Source: Candidatus Accumulibacter cognatus
GTDB taxonomy: Bacteria; Pseudomonadota; Gammaproteobacteria; Burkholderiales; Rhodocyclaceae
Direction of reading: 5' to 3'
DNA length: 64,000 nt
NCBI GenBank assembly: GCA_013414765.1
Contig: CP058708.1
Location: 4,630,748-4,694,747 of the forward strand
The position numbers were made by a program, and so were the translations under genes. Below the pieces are notes generated by a model, which was not told the DNA's origin, did no database searches, and saw nothing but the letters and a program-made list of their open reading frames with translations. Every line of letters begins with the position of its first letter. The first letter of the stretch is position 1. This document shows, piece by piece, positions 61,296 through 64,000 of the stretch.

Positions 61296-64000
61296 ATGAC
61301 GAACAAGAAATTGCAGCCAGGCAGTGACTCGAGGCAGTCGGTATTCGACCGAGTTTGCCAATGCATGCAGGTCAGCGGTCCTTGTCTTCGGGTTCTGGAT
61401 GGTTCGGGTAGCAAGCTGAGCGATCGACCCGGCGAAACGATTTCCTGGCATGGCCTTCCTGCCGACGAAGCGGCGACCCGCTTGGCTGCCAGTTTCGCGG
61501 AAGGGCTTGCTGAAACCGAAGTCGCCAGCCGACGTGCGGCACATGGTGAAAACCGGATTACGGCGAAGCCGGGCAGGGGGCCATTGCTGCGCTTTGCCCT
61601 GCAGTTCGTGCAGCCGCTGGTCCTGGTGCTGCTGCTGGCGGGCGTGGTGACCGCCATTCTCGGCGAATGGGTCGATTCCGGAGTGATCTTTGGCGTCACG
61701 CTGATCAACGCGGTGATCGGCTTCGTTCAGGAAGGCCATGCCGAGAATGCCCTGGCGGCACTGGCGCGTTCGCTAGCCAGCGAGGTGACTGTCCTACGTG
61801 GCGGTTGTAAACAACGTCTCGCCTCGACGATGCTGGTACCCGGCGACATCGTTCTCCTGGCGGCCGGAGACAAGGTTCCGGCCGACCTGCGTCTGTTCCG
61901 CGCGAAGGACCTGCAGGCCATCGAATCAGCACTGACCGGCGAATCGGCCGCGGTCGCCAAACACGAAGAGACACTTCCGGAAGATACGCTGCTCGCCGAG
62001 CGCTGCAACATGGCTTACGCGGGCACCGTGATGATCAGCGGACAAGGAGCCGGGGTCGTGGTGGCCACCGGTGATCACACCGAGACCGGACGCATTTCGC
62101 GGCTGATTGCCGAGGCGCCGGACTTGACCACGCCACTGACGCGCAAGATGACGGTCTTCAGCAACTGGCTGCTGATCGCCATCGGCTTGCTGGCGATGCT
62201 GACCTTCGCCGTCGGCATGGGGCGTGGCGAATCGGCGTTCTCCATGTTCATGGCAGCAGTCGCGCTGGCTGTCGGCGCGATTCCCGAGGGACTGCCGGCA
62301 GCGATGACCATCACACTGGCCATCGGCGTTTCGCGCATGGCCAAACGACGGGCCATCATCCGCAAGCTGCCGGCGGTTGAAACCCTGGGCAGCGCAACCG
62401 TCATTTGTTCGGACAAGACCGGCACGCTGACCGAGAACCAAATGACGGTGCGCGAAATCTATGCCGGTGGCGTGCGAACGACCGTCAGCGGTAGTGGCTA
62501 TGCGCCAAACGGCAAGATCGGGGAGGGCCAACAGATCGACGGCGCCTTGCGGGAATGCTTGCTGGCCGGCGTGCTCTGCAACGACGCCGAACTCTGCAAG
62601 AACAACCGGCACTGGGAAGTGGTCGGCGACCCTACCGAAGGTGCCCTGTTGGTGGTTGCCCGCAAGGCCGGGCTCGACGAGCGGACCTTGCAGAAGCTGT
62701 TTCCACGCATCGATGAAATCCCGTTCGATTCTGCACGCCAATACATGGCGACCCGTCATGAGATCCAGGGCGTGCACTTTGCTTATTTCAAGGGTGCGCT
62801 CGAACGCTTGCTGCCACGCTCGGTCAGTATGCTCGATTGCGAGGGCCTGACGATACCACTGCGCAACGACGAGATCGAACTGGCGGCCAGCAGCATGGCC
62901 GCGGAGGGCTTGCGGGTACTCGCCGTGGCGCGCCTCGTCATTGGCGCGGCGTGCTCGCTCGATGCCGCCAGTGCCGGTACCGGGCTGCAATTCATCGGCC
63001 TTCTGGGAATGGTCGATCCACCCCGCCCGAAGGCGATCACCGCTGTCAAAGCCTGTCACCGAGCCGGTATTGTGGTCAAGATGATCACCGGCGACCATGC
63101 CGGCACGGCACTCTCGATTGCCCGGCAAGTGGGGATTGCCAAGGCCGGCGAGCGTGCCCTCACGGGTCGCGAGTTGGCGGCGCTCGACGACGAAGCACTG
63201 CGCGGCGTACTGCGGACGGTGAACGTTTATGCGCGCGTCGAACCCGAGCAGAAGCTGCGCCTGGTACGTGCGCTGCAGGCCAACGGCGAAATCGTGGCGA
63301 TGACCGGTGACGGGGTCAACGACGCGCCGGCCCTCAAGCAGGCCAACATCGGCATTGCCATGGGATTGGCAGGTACCGAGGTCGCCAAGGATGCAGCCGA
63401 TATGGTGCTCACCGACGACGATTTTGCTGCCATCGAAGCGGCGGTCGAGGAAGGTCGCGGGGTCTACGACAATCTGGTGAAGTTCATCACCTGGACGCTA
63501 CCCACCAATTTCGGCGAAGGCCTGGTGATCATGGCCGCGATCGTCGCCGGCGCGACCTTGCCGATCACGCCTTTGCAGATTCTCTGGATCAACATGACGA
63601 CGGCGGTCTTTCTCGGCCTGATGCTGGCCTTCGAGCCGATCGAACACGCCGTTATGCACCGCCCACCGCGGCCGCCGGAAACCCCGATTCTCGATGCGGC
63701 GCTGGTCTGGCGGATTGTCCTGGTGAGTGTGCTGCTGCTGGCGGGTTCCTTTGGACTGTTCTTGCGCGAACTGGCACAGGGGCATTCGCTTGCCGAGGCA
63801 CGTACCGTCGCGGTCAACGTCTTCGTCGTCGTCGAGACGATGTACCTCTTCAACTGTCGTTCGCTGACGCGCTCTGCACGGCGTGTCGGCCTGTTCTCGA
63901 ATCGTGCGCTGTGGTATGGCGTGCTGATCATGGTCCTCCTGCAGATCTCATTGACTTACCTGCCGCTGATGAATCGCCTGTTCGCCACCGCAGCGATCGG
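61296..64000 (+). CDS. P-type cation-transporting ATPase (P2-type, Ca2+/Mg2+-like), 3' end beyond the window
   Basis: ICSDKTGTLT phosphorylation motif, TGES actuator motif, MITGD and GDGVNDAPAL motifs; about 10 TM helices begun. Confidence 0.85.
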   Translation, partial: MTNKKLQPGSDSRQSVFDRVCQCMQVSGPCLRVLDGSGSKLSDRPGETISWHGLPADEAATRLAASFAEGLAETEVASRRAAHGENRITAKPGRGPLLRFALQFVQPLVLVLLLAGVVTAILGEWVDSGVIFGVTLINAVIGFVQEGHAENALAALARSLASEVTVLRGGCKQRLASTMLVPGDIVLLAAGDKVPADLRLFRAKDLQAIESALTGESAAVAKHEETLPEDTLLAERCNMAYAGTVMISGQGAGVVVATGDHTETGRISRLIAEAPDLTTPLTRKMTVFSNWLLIAIGLLAMLTFAVGMGRGESAFSMFMAAVALAVGAIPEGLPAAMTITLAIGVSRMAKRRAIIRKLPAVETLGSATVICSDKTGTLTENQMTVREIYAGGVRTTVSGSGYAPNGKIGEGQQIDGALRECLLAGVLCNDAELCKNNRHWEVVGDPTEGALLVVARKAGLDERTLQKLFPRIDEIPFDSARQYMATRHEIQGVHFAYFKGALERLLPRSVSMLDCEGLTIPLRNDEIELAASSMAAEGLRVLAVARLVIGAACSLDAASAGTGLQFIGLLGMVDPPRPKAITAVKACHRAGIVVKMITGDHAGTALSIARQVGIAKAGERALTGRELAALDDEALRGVLRTVNVYARVEPEQKLRLVRALQANGEIVAMTGDGVNDAPALKQANIGIAMGLAGTEVAKDAADMVLTDDDFAAIEAAVEEGRGVYDNLVKFITWTLPTNFGEGLVIMAAIVAGATLPITPLQILWINMTTAVFLGLMLAFEPIEHAVMHRPPRPPETPILDAALVWRIVLVSVLLLAGSFGLFLRELAQGHSLAEARTVAVNVFVVVETMYLFNCRSLTRSARRVGLFSNRALWYGVLIMVLLQISLTYLPLMNRLFATAAI

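Noticed and set aside
61926-63128. 400-aa minus-strand ORF opposite the P-type ATPase
   Set aside because: Antisense shadow. The plus strand carries the DKTGT, TGES and GDGVNDAPAL motifs.
1-64000. CRISPR arrays / cas genes
   Set aside because: No regularly spaced direct repeats and no cas-like ORFs were seen. The only tandem repeat is the 12-bp x4 microsatellite inside the IS630 remnant.

Overview
High-GC (~63%) proteobacterial chromosome, probably a betaproteobacterium (Rhodocyclales-like) judged from the 5S rRNA sequence and gene order; this is inference. The window opens with the 3' end of a 23S rRNA and a 5S rRNA, then a tightly packed conserved housekeeping cluster on the + strand (1-15.9 kb): rpsB-tsf-pyrH-frr-uppS-cdsA-dxr-rseP-bamA-skp-lpxD-fabZ-lpxA-lpxB-rnhB plus a SpoU-type RNA methyltransferase. 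From ~15.9 kb to ~55.4 kb the sequence looks like an accessory region punctuated by four insertion-sequence elements or remnants: a degraded IS630-family element, an intact IS701-like element with a target duplication, an IS5-type remnant, and an IS630-family element with a frameshift site. This region carries signalling and stress functions. (1) A PAS-PAS-GGDEF-EAL-hemerythrin gene interrupted by a single in-frame amber codon. (2) An RNA-repair (Rtc) locus: rtcR, a sigma54 promoter, tRNA-like (Y-RNA-like) elements in the leader, an SPFH/band-7 protein, a C4 zinc-ribbon protein, rtcB and rtcA. (3) Directly adjacent, a translationally coupled six-gene operon: large TPR-like protein, HPD-less J-like protein, GrpE-like protein, short Hsp70, zinc-ribbon protein, HDOD-REC-GGDEF regulator. 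It is divergent from an Hsp20 gene and I regard it as the best candidate for an undescribed dedicated-chaperone or signalling system. Downstream are a copper-chaperone cluster (SCO1, DUF1318, PCuAC), two YceI paralogs with cytochrome b561, a LysR regulator, an outer-membrane channel with an HpaB-family monooxygenase, an MCP, typA/bipA, a phasin, a CBS-DUF294 protein, an MBL-fold hydrolase, gpmI and the start of a P-type ATPase. No CRISPR arrays were seen.
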